A stretch of DNA of 59,408 bases, filler included, from 4 parts of 4 records of this genome joined end to end with filler, not necessarily neighbours in it; one strand, 5' to 3'; positions 48,213-57,925 are shown, counted from the whole stretch's first letter. Notes: generated by a model from the letters alone, not told the origin. A program made the numbers and translations.

Positions 48213-48545
48213 ATGTCAGCATCTGTTTTGGACTATTACCGGACTGTTTTGGAACAGTTTCACTTCGTAAAAATCCATGAGCAATCAAGACCGGGAGATA
48301 CTTTTTACAAGATGTTGACCGGGTATGGAGAAGGGAGCATTCGCCTGATTGACTTCAACGATATGTTTATCATTTTGATTGCGGACTATACCCCCAAAGC
48401 CACCTTTCTGAAAACATCGACGATCACCGGGGACTATCTGGAGATCAGCCTGTTTGCAACCGGGGACAGCTCATACAAGGTGGGGGGACGAAAGCTCAAC
48501 CGGGTCGAAAAAGGCATTTTTTGCTACATCAATACCAGCAAACAG
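48213..48545 (+). CDS. Probable AraC-family regulator, N-terminal domain, 3'-truncated
   Basis: AAGGAGG SD; YGEGSIR..ILIADYTP..YLEIS resembles sensor domains of AraC regulators of ABC importers. The HTH is beyond the gap. Confidence 0.65.
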
Positions 48546-48645
48546 NNNNNNNNNNNNNNNNNNNNNNNNNNNNNNNNNNNNNNNNNNNNTTAATTAATTA
48601 ANNNNNNNNNNNNNNNNNNNNNNNNNNNNNNNNNNNNNNNNNNNN
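48546..48645. other. Artificial contig linker
   Basis: N44-TTAATTAATTAA-N44. Confidence 0.97.
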
Positions 48646-49689
48646 ACTGAGGGCGCCGGCCGGGTCTTTGACGGAAAAGCCCCTGATTTCCCCCCCCTTG
48701 TTGATGATCTGGCGGAATATGGCATACTCCGTGTTCTTAAAAATTTCCGTCACATCCACAAAAGCCATGTCAAAACGCAGGTCGGGCCGGTCTGTTCCAT
48801 AGAGGTTCATTGCCGTTTCATAGGTCATCTTGGGAAAGGGTGTTGGAAGCGTTATGCCACCGATGGCAAACATTTGAACCGTCAGGGTTTCAATGGTTTC
48901 ATAGATGAATGACTCATCAACAAAGGAGGCTTCCATGTCCAACTGGGTAAACTCCGGCTGCCGATTGGGCCTCAGGTCTTCATCGCGAAAACATCTTGCG
49001 ATCTGGAAATACCGGTCCATGCCCCCGATCATGAGGATTTGTTTGAACAGCTGCGGCGATTGGGGCAGAGCATAAAATTTTCCGTGATGAACCCGGCTGG
49101 GAACCAGGTAGTCTCTCGCGCCTTCAGGGGTACTTCGGGTTAGAAAGGGCGTTTCAATTTCAATGAAGTTCAGGGGATCCAGGAAATCCCGAATACATTT
49201 GATGATCCGGTATCGTTTGAGGAAGACGTCCTGAACCGAGGGTCGTCGAAGGTCCAGGTATCGGTATCTGAGCCTTATTTCTTCATCCACATTTTCGGGG
49301 CCGGTCTGAACCTCTTCTCCAAACACCATGGCCTTTTCACTGATCTGAAAGGGTACGGTTTTGGATTTGGATAATATTTTCAAGCCATTGGCGAGGATCT
49401 CAATTTGACCCGTCATAAGGGTGGGGTTTTCAGCCGATTTTTCCCTCAAGGTCACCCGGCCCCGAACTTCAATTACATATTCTTCCCGTATCAAAGATGC
49501 CGATTCATAACTGACCCTGTCTTTTTGTGGATCAAAAACCACCTGAATGATACCGCGTACGTCCCTCAGGTGAAAAAAAAGAATGTTTCCATGGTCCCGA
49601 ATGGCATCGACCCAGCCCATGACTAGAACCGATTTTCCTGCATCGGAAGCGGTCAACGCGCCACAATATGTCCTTTCTTTCCAAGTCAT
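48646..49689 (-). CDS. aspS: Aspartate--tRNA ligase, 3'-truncated
   Basis: GWVDAIRDHG, RYRYLDLRR, STPEGARDYLVPSR, ALPQSPQLFKQ, RCFRDEDLRPNRQPEFTQLD. Confidence 0.96.
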
Positions 49690-49880
49690 CAAAATCCCCT
49701 GGCTGTTTCCATCCACAAAAGTATGCAGATCTGCTATGCTGGCATCATAATCCGTAAGGAAGACCCTTAAATTGAACCAATAAAATCCATCTTTATACTT
49801 AAGATTTTTTTTTTAGTCAACATTGGGTGCCTTCTTTTTTTGAACGGTTCCGTAACCGGAAATCGTTAGGGTGGTTTACC

Positions 49881-50804
49881 ATGCATATCATCAATACGAT
49901 TATCCCTATCTTTGTGCTGATTGTTCTTGGGTGGTTTGCCGGGAGACGCGGTTTTCTGCCGGCCTCATTCCTGGGACCGGCAAACCGGCTGGTTTTCTAT
50001 CTGGCGATTCCGGCCATGATATTCCGGGCACTCTCCAAGACTGACTTTCATGCGGAATTTGATCCTCAGGTTGTAGCGGGGACCCTGTTGGCGTTGATAA
50101 TCGTCTTTGCCGTAGCGTGGGGTGTCTGTTCCATGCTTCATTTAAAGCGCGGTCAAAGGGGGACCTTTATTCATACCACCTTTCACGGTAATCTGGGCTA
50201 TATCGGTTTTGCGGTGGCCTACTATTTCCTTGGGGCCCAGGGGCTCGCCCGGGCCAGTATCATCGCCTCTTTTGTGATACTGGTTCAGAATTTCCTGGCG
50301 GTTCTGGTGCTTCAGGTCTATTCAAGCGACCTTCGAAGTTATCTTCATAACCTGCGGACCATGATCCTGACCATTCTCGGAAACCCGGTGATTATTTCAG
50401 CTGTTGCGGGCATGTTGTTTTCAATTTTTTTCATTCCCGTTCCCCTGATTATCGGCAGGAGCCTGGATATATTGAGCAGCCTTGCACTTCCCCTGGCGCT
50501 GCTGATTATCGGCGGTTCCATTTCCTTTTCATTCATGCGATCCAAAATGGGATTTATTCTTCTGGCGTCTGTGTTGAAATTGATTGCCCTTCCCATTACC
50601 GGTCTGATAATATTTAATTTCCTCAATCTTGCTCCAGGGGACTATTTACCGGGGATCATTCTGCTGGCATCCCCCACTGCAACGGTAACTTATGTGATGG
50701 CCAGGGAAATGAGGGGGGATCCTGATTTCGCCAATGCGGCCATTTCCCTTTGTACCATCCTGTCCGCCGGAACGTTCATATTCTGGCTGGCTTTCGTTCC
50801 CTGA
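49881..50804 (+). CDS. AEC (auxin efflux carrier / malate permease) family transporter
   Basis: IIPIF..LG, NRLVFYLAIPAMIF, GNLGYIG, NPVI, ALPLALLIIG, ASPTA..YVMA. Confidence 0.9.
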   Translation: MHIINTIIPIFVLIVLGWFAGRRGFLPASFLGPANRLVFYLAIPAMIFRALSKTDFHAEFDPQVVAGTLLALIIVFAVAWGVCSMLHLKRGQRGTFIHTTFHGNLGYIGFAVAYYFLGAQGLARASIIASFVILVQNFLAVLVLQVYSSDLRSYLHNLRTMILTILGNPVIISAVAGMLFSIFFIPVPLIIGRSLDILSSLALPLALLIIGGSISFSFMRSKMGFILLASVLKLIALPITGLIIFNFLNLAPGDYLPGIILLASPTATVTYVMAREMRGDPDFANAAISLCTILSAGTFIFWLAFVP

Positions 50805-50911
50805 AGTTGTTTTGGGTATTTTTTTTATCACCTGAGGTAAGCGGTTCCGGGCCCCGGGCTAAAAGTGTGTGAAAGAGTGACTCCATGGAATCTTTTCACA
50901 AGGAGAAAAAA

Positions 50912-51107
50912 ATGGCTATTGGAAGATCTTTTTGGTTTTTGGTGTTGTCAATATGGGAGGGCCCGGGCTGAAATGGGTGATATGACCTTGGCACTGCGGG
51001 ATGCGATCATGGCCTGTGATCTCAATCCGGACAGCCGGAAATATGATGATCTTGTCTTTGGATTGAGGCAGGCCATGAAAAAAAATAGGGGAAACCGCCG
51101 CCTTTAA
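50912..51107 (+). pseudogene. Possible remnant of a TPR-type protein gene (internal deletion or frameshift)
   Basis: AGGAG SD and a signal-peptide-like 19-aa ORF (MAIGRSFWFLVLSI...), overlapped by a TPR-like tail in another frame (YGRARAEMGDMTLALRDAIMACDLNP). Confidence 0.3.
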
Positions 51108-51128
51108 CCGTAGAAAGGAGGGCTTGTC

Positions 51129-51422
51129 ATGAAAGCAGGAATTGTTTTTGGAGGTACCGGTCCGATTCTGATTTTAACCAGTTACGAATCCTTTAAAGAT
51201 GGAAAGTTTGTGGCAAAATTGGCAGCCAAGGGGATCAAAAAATTCATTGCATCCGAGGTTCCCATGGAAAGCGTCAAGAAAAAGTACGGCAAGCATTTTG
51301 ACGTGGTTATGGGGGATCTCCGCCAAAGCGATGATTTACGGGTAATGGACTACGACGGGCATAATGTTTTTTATAACTTTCCTTTTTCAGAAATGGAAAA
51401 GCCGGTTTACCACGAAGTGTAG
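51129..51422 (+). CDS. Conserved hypothetical cytosolic protein
   Basis: AAGGAGG SD; MKAGIVFGGTGPILILTSY..KGIKKFIA..DLRVMDYDG pattern of an uncharacterised family. Confidence 0.8.
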   Translation: MKAGIVFGGTGPILILTSYESFKDGKFVAKLAAKGIKKFIASEVPMESVKKKYGKHFDVVMGDLRQSDDLRVMDYDGHNVFYNFPFSEMEKPVYHEV

Positions 51423-51595
51423 GGGTGGAAGTTTTTTCCGACAGGTAAATGCTTTTTTTGATAAATACTTGTTCAGTTAAAGGTGGCTCCGGCAACCGGT
51501 GATCCCCTGATTTTTTGGGAATTGCCGGTTGCTCAGAATTTTGTCGCAGGTTCAAAAGGGTTTATTAAAGCGGAACGTGAGAAAGGGGGTTTGCC

Positions 51596-52504
51596 ATGAA
51601 AGTTCATATCAATACCATTGTTTGCACCACCGATTTTTCAGACTTTTCAAATCGCGCCATCCCTTTTGGTGTCGCTCTGGCCAAAGAGTTTGGCGCTAAG
51701 CTGTATTTATGCCATGTGATTGACTTGTCTTCGGTTGCCATGTATGGCGAGGGATTTTCGGATCCGCTGATGCTGGAATCCAAAATTACGGATTATGCGC
51801 ACACGCACTTGCGGGATTTGATCGGTGAGACGGATATTGCGTGGGAATCGTTGACATCGGTGGGGCATACGGCTGATGAAATCGCTCAGATTGCAAAAGA
51901 AAAGGCGGCCGATCTGGTGGTGTCCGCCACCCACGGGCGTTCGGGATTGAAGCGGTTGATCCTGGGATCGGTGACGGAGCGTTTAATGCGGACCCTCCCC
52001 TGTCCCATGTATATTGTGCGCAGTCTGGAAAGGGAGCCTGCGGCGCCCGTTATGGCTGAGATGAAACTCAAAAGAATCCTGGTGGGGTGTGATTTTTCCG
52101 CCGATTCGGATCTGGCTGTGCAGTATGGGATCAGCCTGGCCCAGGAATTTCAAACGGAGTTGTATCTGGCCCATGTGCTTGAACCGACGGTATATAAGGA
52201 TATGCTGACCCAGGCGCCAGGGGCAACTGATTCGGATCAAGAAGGGTTGAGGGATCAACTGACCCGGAAACTGGACCTAATGGTGCCGGAGGAGGCAAAG
52301 CAGTGGTGTACAACGGAAACATTGCTCTTGGCGGGACATCCTTCCGATGAACTTACGAAATATGCCGTGGTCAATAAGATGGATTTGATTGTTCTGGGTG
52401 TTCGGGGTCACAGTGTTATGGAATCACTGTTGGTGGGTTCGACCACGGACCGTGTTGTTCGGCAGGCGCCCTGTCCGGTTTTATCGGTACGGCCAAAAGG
52501 GTGA
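51596..52504 (+). CDS. Tandem-domain universal stress protein
   Basis: Two USP domains: TDFSDFS..ATHGRSG..LGSVTE..PCP and DFSADS..GVRG..VGSTTDRVVRQAPCPV. Confidence 0.93.
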   Translation: MKVHINTIVCTTDFSDFSNRAIPFGVALAKEFGAKLYLCHVIDLSSVAMYGEGFSDPLMLESKITDYAHTHLRDLIGETDIAWESLTSVGHTADEIAQIAKEKAADLVVSATHGRSGLKRLILGSVTERLMRTLPCPMYIVRSLEREPAAPVMAEMKLKRILVGCDFSADSDLAVQYGISLAQEFQTELYLAHVLEPTVYKDMLTQAPGATDSDQEGLRDQLTRKLDLMVPEEAKQWCTTETLLLAGHPSDELTKYAVVNKMDLIVLGVRGHSVMESLLVGSTTDRVVRQAPCPVLSVRPKG

Positions 52505-52531
52505 AACGGTTTGCAGCTACCGGTTTACGGT

Positions 52532-52575
52532 AAAAAAGGGGGCCGAGCAAGATAAAAAGCTCGACCCCCATTTTT
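52532..52575. terminator. Bidirectional terminator between the USP and OmpA genes
   Basis: AAAAAAGGGGG-CGAGC...GCTCG-CCCCCATTTTT stem between convergent genes. Confidence 0.7.
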
Positions 52576-52610
52576 GTTCCGGGTTAATAATTTAAAACAT
52601 CCGACGGTTC

Positions 52611-53789
52611 TTACGGCATGGGCGTCATTTCAACCCTTCTGTTCAGGGCGCGTCCTTCCGCCGTGTCGTTGGTGGCGATGGGACGTGAAAATCCGAAGCC
52701 CCTGGCTTTCAATCTGCTCGGGTCCACGCCTCTGTTGACCAGGTACTGCATGACGGATTTCGCGCGCTCCAGGGAGAGTTTCATGTTGTATTTCTCTGTA
52801 CCGATATTATCGGTGTTTCCCTGAATCTCCACTTTGATGGAGGGGTTGGCTTCGAAGACCCTGGCGGCTTTATCCAGGAACTGGTAGTACTGGGGTTTGA
52901 TGTTGTATTTATCGAAATCAAACAGCACATCCACCAAAACCCAGCATCCGAATTTGTTGACCCTGGCGCCTTTGGGGGTTCCCGGGCATTTGTCATTGGG
53001 ATCGCACACGCCGTCGCCGTCAGGATCCACACAGACCTCCACCACTTCCACAACTTCCGCCTTCTGCAAGAAGACGTTTGCCACGAAATCGGCCATGCCT
53101 TTGCTGGAAGCGATATCGTCGCCCTTCACCATGAACCCGCATTTCCCATCTGACGCAACTTGAGCCAGGAACTTGGCGGCTTCCTTGTTGTTGCCGATAA
53201 GCACGGGATAGATGCAGATCCTGTCGCCATACTGACTTTTCAGATTCATGACGGATTTCTTAACCGCGTCATAGTTCATGACTTCTTTGTTGGCATCCGT
53301 AAAGATGACAATGGCGATATTGCCCTGAGCGGATTTGAAATCCTGGCCCGCTGCATCCAGGGCCAGGTTCAAGGGGCTGTCTCCGTTGGGGAATCCGATT
53401 TGGTTCAGACCGGCGTCAAATGCGGTCTTGTCCAGAGCGGCCGGACCCCACAAAAGTTCCGTGCCCACCGGCTGTAAATTCGCTTTTTTACCAAACATTC
53501 TGAGTGCGCCCGTGATATTGGCATTCGGGACGGTGTGGTTAAAAGCGCTGGCCAGGTCCTTGGCACAATCCAGTTCGAGTTTCCCTTTATACATGTCTTT
53601 CATGGAACCGGATTTATCAACGATAACCATGAAATTGTTCGCCTTGAGCACATAATCCCCGCTTGTCAACATGGGATTGAGATCAACGGCATTAAATGGG
53701 GCAAGCGGTTTCGTAGTGGCGCAGGCGGCCAGAAGCAAAGCCAGTACTCCAAACAAGAGAACCTTCCAATAGCTGTTTCTTTTCATCAT
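52611..53789 (-). CDS. Lipoprotein with vWA domain, Ca-binding TSP3-like linker and OmpA-C peptidoglycan-binding domain
   Basis: Lipobox LAAC, MIDAS VDKSGSM and IFTD, CVDPDGDGVCDPNDKCPGTP, FDFDK..GNTDNIG..YNMKLSLERA..NRRVE. Confidence 0.88.
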   Translation of the reverse strand: MMKRNSYWKVLLFGVLALLLAACATTKPLAPFNAVDLNPMLTSGDYVLKANNFMVIVDKSGSMKDMYKGKLELDCAKDLASAFNHTVPNANITGALRMFGKKANLQPVGTELLWGPAALDKTAFDAGLNQIGFPNGDSPLNLALDAAGQDFKSAQGNIAIVIFTDANKEVMNYDAVKKSVMNLKSQYGDRICIYPVLIGNNKEAAKFLAQVASDGKCGFMVKGDDIASSKGMADFVANVFLQKAEVVEVVEVCVDPDGDGVCDPNDKCPGTPKGARVNKFGCWVLVDVLFDFDKYNIKPQYYQFLDKAARVFEANPSIKVEIQGNTDNIGTEKYNMKLSLERAKSVMQYLVNRGVDPSRLKARGFGFSRPIATNDTAEGRALNRRVEMTPMP

Positions 53790-54068
53790 TCTTCCTCCTT
53801 AGAATTTTGAGCAAAAAGCCCTTTTAAGTTTTTGACCGCCTATTTTTTTGTCAATAGCACGGCTACACCCTTCGCCATTTTACCTTGGAAATTACATATG
53901 GACTCTATTTTGCCTGAAAATCGCACCATAGGTCAATGTGTTTTTGTAACGAAAGAAAAAAAAATGATTAAACAAGCCTGAAGAAATGCCTCAATGGTTG
54001 CATTGCATGGTTCAAAACCCCTGTTGGTTCAGAATAAAAAAAACTAATTTTACTAAAATATAATAAGT

Positions 54069-55391
54069 TTATATCATTTGTCGGCAATGTGTTTCCTTTG
54101 AAAAACAGATGAGTATGGCAGCCATTATGGACCATGCCATCATCAAAACGAATGCGGATTCGTAGGTCCCGAGTTCATAAATCCTCACTCCCGATTCAAG
54201 AGCCCCGTTCCATTTGCTGTCCAGAATCCATCCCATGGCGGGTTGCAGGATCATGGGACCGGACATGACACCCATATTGACAACGCCCGATACGGTTCCG
54301 GACAGGGATGAGGGAACCGATTCCTTGGCAAATGCAAAGCTCAAAATCATGACACCCGAGGCGGTTCCCACCACGATGATGAGCAGGGTCAGAAACCACA
54401 TGGGAAGGTCATGGACAAACAGGATCAGATACCAGCAGGCGCATGCCACGAAACCGCCCACCATATAGACAGGCTTTCTGCAGCCCATGCGGTCTGACAC
54501 AACACCGGAGAGAGGTCCTCCAAGGCCCCAGGTGATCAGCAGAAGGGAGGTCAATACAGCACTTTTCGCAGGGGTCAGGCTGTAATGGGTGGTCAGAAAG
54601 GGGATCCCCCACAATCCGGAGAAAGCCAGCACCGATCCCGCAACGCCGCTGGGCGCAATGGCAATGATCCAGGTGTTTCTGTAGGTGAAGACTTTCAACA
54701 GGCCCGATAACAGCGAGATTGCGGAATGGTTGGCACCGGTTTCAGAAGGGATGAAACCGGTATAACCCTTTTCCGAAGGATCATCCCGAACGATTATCCA
54801 GATGCATATGGCGATGACCACGGAAACCGCGGCTGATGCCATCATCACCGGCCGCCACCCAAACTGATCAATGAGGATGCGCAAAGGCACTCCGGCGGAT
54901 ACGGCCCCCACGAGTCCGCAGCAGAGGGCCAGACCGCTGGTCGTGGCAAAGCGTTGCGGCGGAAACCAGTGCATGGAAAGTTTCAGGAGGGCAACCCAGG
55001 CCACGCCCACCGAACCGCCGATGAGGAGCCGACCGGCGTTGGCCACCAGGATGGTGGGGGCTGCCGCAAATAGAAAGGCGCCCAGGGCGGCGATAAAGGC
55101 TCCGGTGGTGAGTAGTTTTCTGGACCCCCAGGCATCAGCCAGAATGCCGGTGGGAATCTGGATGGCCACATAACTGTAGAAGTAGTAAGCGGATAGGTTG
55201 CCCAGGGCCGCAGCCCCCATGTGAAAGTCGGCCATCAGGTAGTCGGTCATGACCGCGGGCGCCACCCGCTGGTAAAATCCGCTCAGATAAAAAGCGGCGC
55301 CCAGCCCCCAGACGATCCATGATAAATACCCCGGGGGATATCCCTTTTCGGCAAAACCCGTGGGATGATTTTCTTCCTTATCCCTAGTCAT
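54069..55391 (-). CDS. MFS transporter
   Basis: About 12 TM helices, FYQRVAP, GILADAWGSRK and SDRMGCRK motif A. Start MTRDK overlaps the upstream stop. Confidence 0.9.
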   Translation of the reverse strand: MTRDKEENHPTGFAEKGYPPGYLSWIVWGLGAAFYLSGFYQRVAPAVMTDYLMADFHMGAAALGNLSAYYFYSYVAIQIPTGILADAWGSRKLLTTGAFIAALGAFLFAAAPTILVANAGRLLIGGSVGVAWVALLKLSMHWFPPQRFATTSGLALCCGLVGAVSAGVPLRILIDQFGWRPVMMASAAVSVVIAICIWIIVRDDPSEKGYTGFIPSETGANHSAISLLSGLLKVFTYRNTWIIAIAPSGVAGSVLAFSGLWGIPFLTTHYSLTPAKSAVLTSLLLITWGLGGPLSGVVSDRMGCRKPVYMVGGFVACACWYLILFVHDLPMWFLTLLIIVVGTASGVMILSFAFAKESVPSSLSGTVSGVVNMGVMSGPMILQPAMGWILDSKWNGALESGVRIYELGTYESAFVLMMAWSIMAAILICFSKETHCRQMI

Positions 55392-56529
55392 GTGAAAGGG
55401 CCCGGGCCACCACGGTTGAAATGTCCATGACCTCAAGATCCAGTTTTTTCCGCCTGACACTCCCTTTGATGCTTCGGACGCATTGCTGGCAGGCGGTCAC
55501 AACGGTTTTAGCGCCGGTTTTCCGGATTTCATCAATTTTTCTGTGGGCCACTTTCCCCGAAAGGAGCGGATCCGTCATCTCCAGGTTCCCTCCGCCTCCG
55601 CAACAGATGCTCCCCGCGCGGACGTTTTCCATTTCAACCAGGTCAAGACCCGGGATGGCGTTCAAGATTTTTCGGGGTGCCTCGTATTCCCCCCCGTTTC
55701 GACCGAGATCGCAGGGGTCGTGATAGGTAACGGACCATGGGAGCCCATTGAAGGAAAGGGTGTTTTCATCCATAAGCCGTTCAATGAACTGGGTGGAGTG
55801 GAACAACCGGAAATCGCTGGGATAGTGTTCCCGCCACATGCGAAAGCATGAGGGGCATGAAAAGAGAATGCTTTCGGCTTCAAGTGATTTTATTTTTTCA
55901 ACATTGTGCCGCACCAATTTGTCCATGTTTTCATCCGTACCCGCTCCCATAAGGGGAAAGCCGCAACACCATTCCTCCCCCCCCAGAATGGTGAAATCCG
56001 TTTTTGCAGCCGTTAGTATCTGGACCATATTTTGGGGAATCATCTGGGCCATGGGGAAAAAAGACGCCACGCACCCCACAAAATAAACCACTTTTGCTTT
56101 TTTCTTCCGGTACCGGTGATGGGGAAGGTCTTTGATGTCCTCCCGCCAGTCTCCCCTTTCTTGGTTGTCCTCACCGGAAATATTGTGATGGCGCATCAGG
56201 GAACGGGCGGCGGGTTCCATGGCAGGTAAGATCCCTTTTTTTTCGGTGATTTCCCTCCGCATGTGGGTAAATACCTGTGTCAGGTCCACGCCGCTGGGGC
56301 AGGTTACGGAACATGCACCGCACAGGAGACATCTGGCAAAAATTTCCCGGTAATGATCGCTGATGGCGACCTCTCCCTTGCCGTAGGCCCTGGCCAGTTG
56401 AATTTTTCCCCTTGGGGTGTATTTTTCCAGGAAAAGTTCATGGTTGACGGGGCAGTTGGCCAGGCACAGGCCGCACTTGATGCATTGGTCGAATTCACTG
56501 GAAATAAGAGACATTTCCATATTATTCAT
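55384..56529 (-). CDS. GlcF-like Fe-S protein (2x[4Fe-4S] and two CCG domains)
   Basis: CIKCGLCLANCP, CLLCGACSVTCP, WCCG, YHDPC, CCGGGG, TACQQC. Confidence 0.9.
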   Translation of the reverse strand: MNNMEMSLISSEFDQCIKCGLCLANCPVNHELFLEKYTPRGKIQLARAYGKGEVAISDHYREIFARCLLCGACSVTCPSGVDLTQVFTHMRREITEKKGILPAMEPAARSLMRHHNISGEDNQERGDWREDIKDLPHHRYRKKKAKVVYFVGCVASFFPMAQMIPQNMVQILTAAKTDFTILGGEEWCCGFPLMGAGTDENMDKLVRHNVEKIKSLEAESILFSCPSCFRMWREHYPSDFRLFHSTQFIERLMDENTLSFNGLPWSVTYHDPCDLGRNGGEYEAPRKILNAIPGLDLVEMENVRAGSICCGGGGNLEMTDPLLSGKVAHRKIDEIRKTGAKTVVTACQQCVRSIKGSVRRKKLDLEVMDISTVVARALSHD

Positions 56530-56551
56530 AATCCTTTCATGTTAAAAGCGG

Positions 56552-57925
56552 TTACAGAAAACTGCCCGGGTTGAGGATATTGTTGGGATCAAACACCCGT
56601 TTGATGCCCCGCATGAGGTTGAGTGCGGTTTCGCTGAATTCCATTCCCATGAACCGGGACTTGGCGATGCCGATGCCGTGTTCTCCCGTAAGCGTCCCCC
56701 CCATCCGGATGGCTGCTTCACACAGTTCTTCCAGCATTTGGTCCACTCGACCCATCTCTTCCCGGTCGCGAAGATCCGTCATGATCAGGGGATGGAGATT
56801 GCCGTCCCCCGCGTGGGCCAGGACTGCGATTTGCAGGTCGTACTTCCGGGTAAGGTGTACCACTTTTCGAATGATTTCGGGAAGCTTTTTGACCGGTACG
56901 GTGGCATCCTCCACGATGCAGTTGGGTCTCATACTGGCAACAGCCCCAAAGGCCGTTCTTCTGGCCTGCCACAGTTTGTCCGCTTCCTCGGGGGTGTGGG
57001 CCCGATCCACGGCAATGGCACCTTTTTCCCGGCAGAGGGCTTCGATCCGTTCGCCTTGCCTGTTCACCAGGTCCGGATCCCCGTCCACTTCGATGAGAAG
57101 CAACGCCTCGGCTTTCGCGTTGAATTGGGCGCCGCCGTAATCGCTGATCACATCCAGCACCGTTCGGTCCATCAGTTCAAGGGTGGTGGGCACCATGCCC
57201 GCGGCCATGATGGCGGTGACCGTGGTGGCGGCATCGTCAAGGTCTGCAAAGGCTGCCTGAAGGGTGGTTTTGGCGGGCGGCAGCGGGACCAGCCTCAGGA
57301 TGATTTCAGTAAAGATGCCTAAGGTTCCCTCCGACCCGCACAGGAGCCGTGTCAGATCATAACCGCTGACGTTTTTGAGGGTTTTTCCACCGGTTCTGAT
57401 GATCTCTCCCGACGGCACCACCACCTGAAGTCCCAGCAGATAGTCCCGGGTGACGCCGTATTTAACGCCTCTCGGACCACCGGCGTTCAGGGAAACGTTG
57501 CCGCCGATGGTGGACACGAACATACTGGCCGGATCCGGTGGATACATGAGATGATATTGCGCCACCTCTTTTTGCAGATCCCCGTTGATGACACCGGGCT
57601 GAACCACGGCGCACATGCTCTCCCTGTCAATCTCAAGGATCCTGTTCATGCGGTGAAAGGCCATGATGACGCCGCCTTCACGCGCCACCGAGCCGCCGCA
57701 GATATTGGTGCCGGCCCCCCTGGGAATGATGTTGATGTTGTGTTCGTTGGCAATTTTCATGATTTGGGAAATCTGCTCGGCGTTTTCAGGGACCAGAACG
57801 GCATCGGGCGTAAATTCCGGAAGAAAGCCGTCATAGGAATAGGTGACGATGTCTTCCGGTTCATCCAGGTACCATGTATCCTCCAAAACAGCTCGCATGG
57901 CGCCGGCGGCAGCTTGTGAAATCAT
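56552..57925 (-). CDS. GlcD-like FAD-linked oxidase (glycolate/D-lactate dehydrogenase)
   Basis: PRGAGT, YPPDPAS, TIGGNV..NAGG, KYGVTRDY, GSEGTLG, HAGDGNLH, GEHGIG, LNPG. Start MISQ follows a GAGGAG SD. Confidence 0.92.
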   Translation of the reverse strand: MISQAAAGAMRAVLEDTWYLDEPEDIVTYSYDGFLPEFTPDAVLVPENAEQISQIMKIANEHNINIIPRGAGTNICGGSVAREGGVIMAFHRMNRILEIDRESMCAVVQPGVINGDLQKEVAQYHLMYPPDPASMFVSTIGGNVSLNAGGPRGVKYGVTRDYLLGLQVVVPSGEIIRTGGKTLKNVSGYDLTRLLCGSEGTLGIFTEIILRLVPLPPAKTTLQAAFADLDDAATTVTAIMAAGMVPTTLELMDRTVLDVISDYGGAQFNAKAEALLLIEVDGDPDLVNRQGERIEALCREKGAIAVDRAHTPEEADKLWQARRTAFGAVASMRPNCIVEDATVPVKKLPEIIRKVVHLTRKYDLQIAVLAHAGDGNLHPLIMTDLRDREEMGRVDQMLEELCEAAIRMGGTLTGEHGIGIAKSRFMGMEFSETALNLMRGIKRVFDPNNILNPGSFL

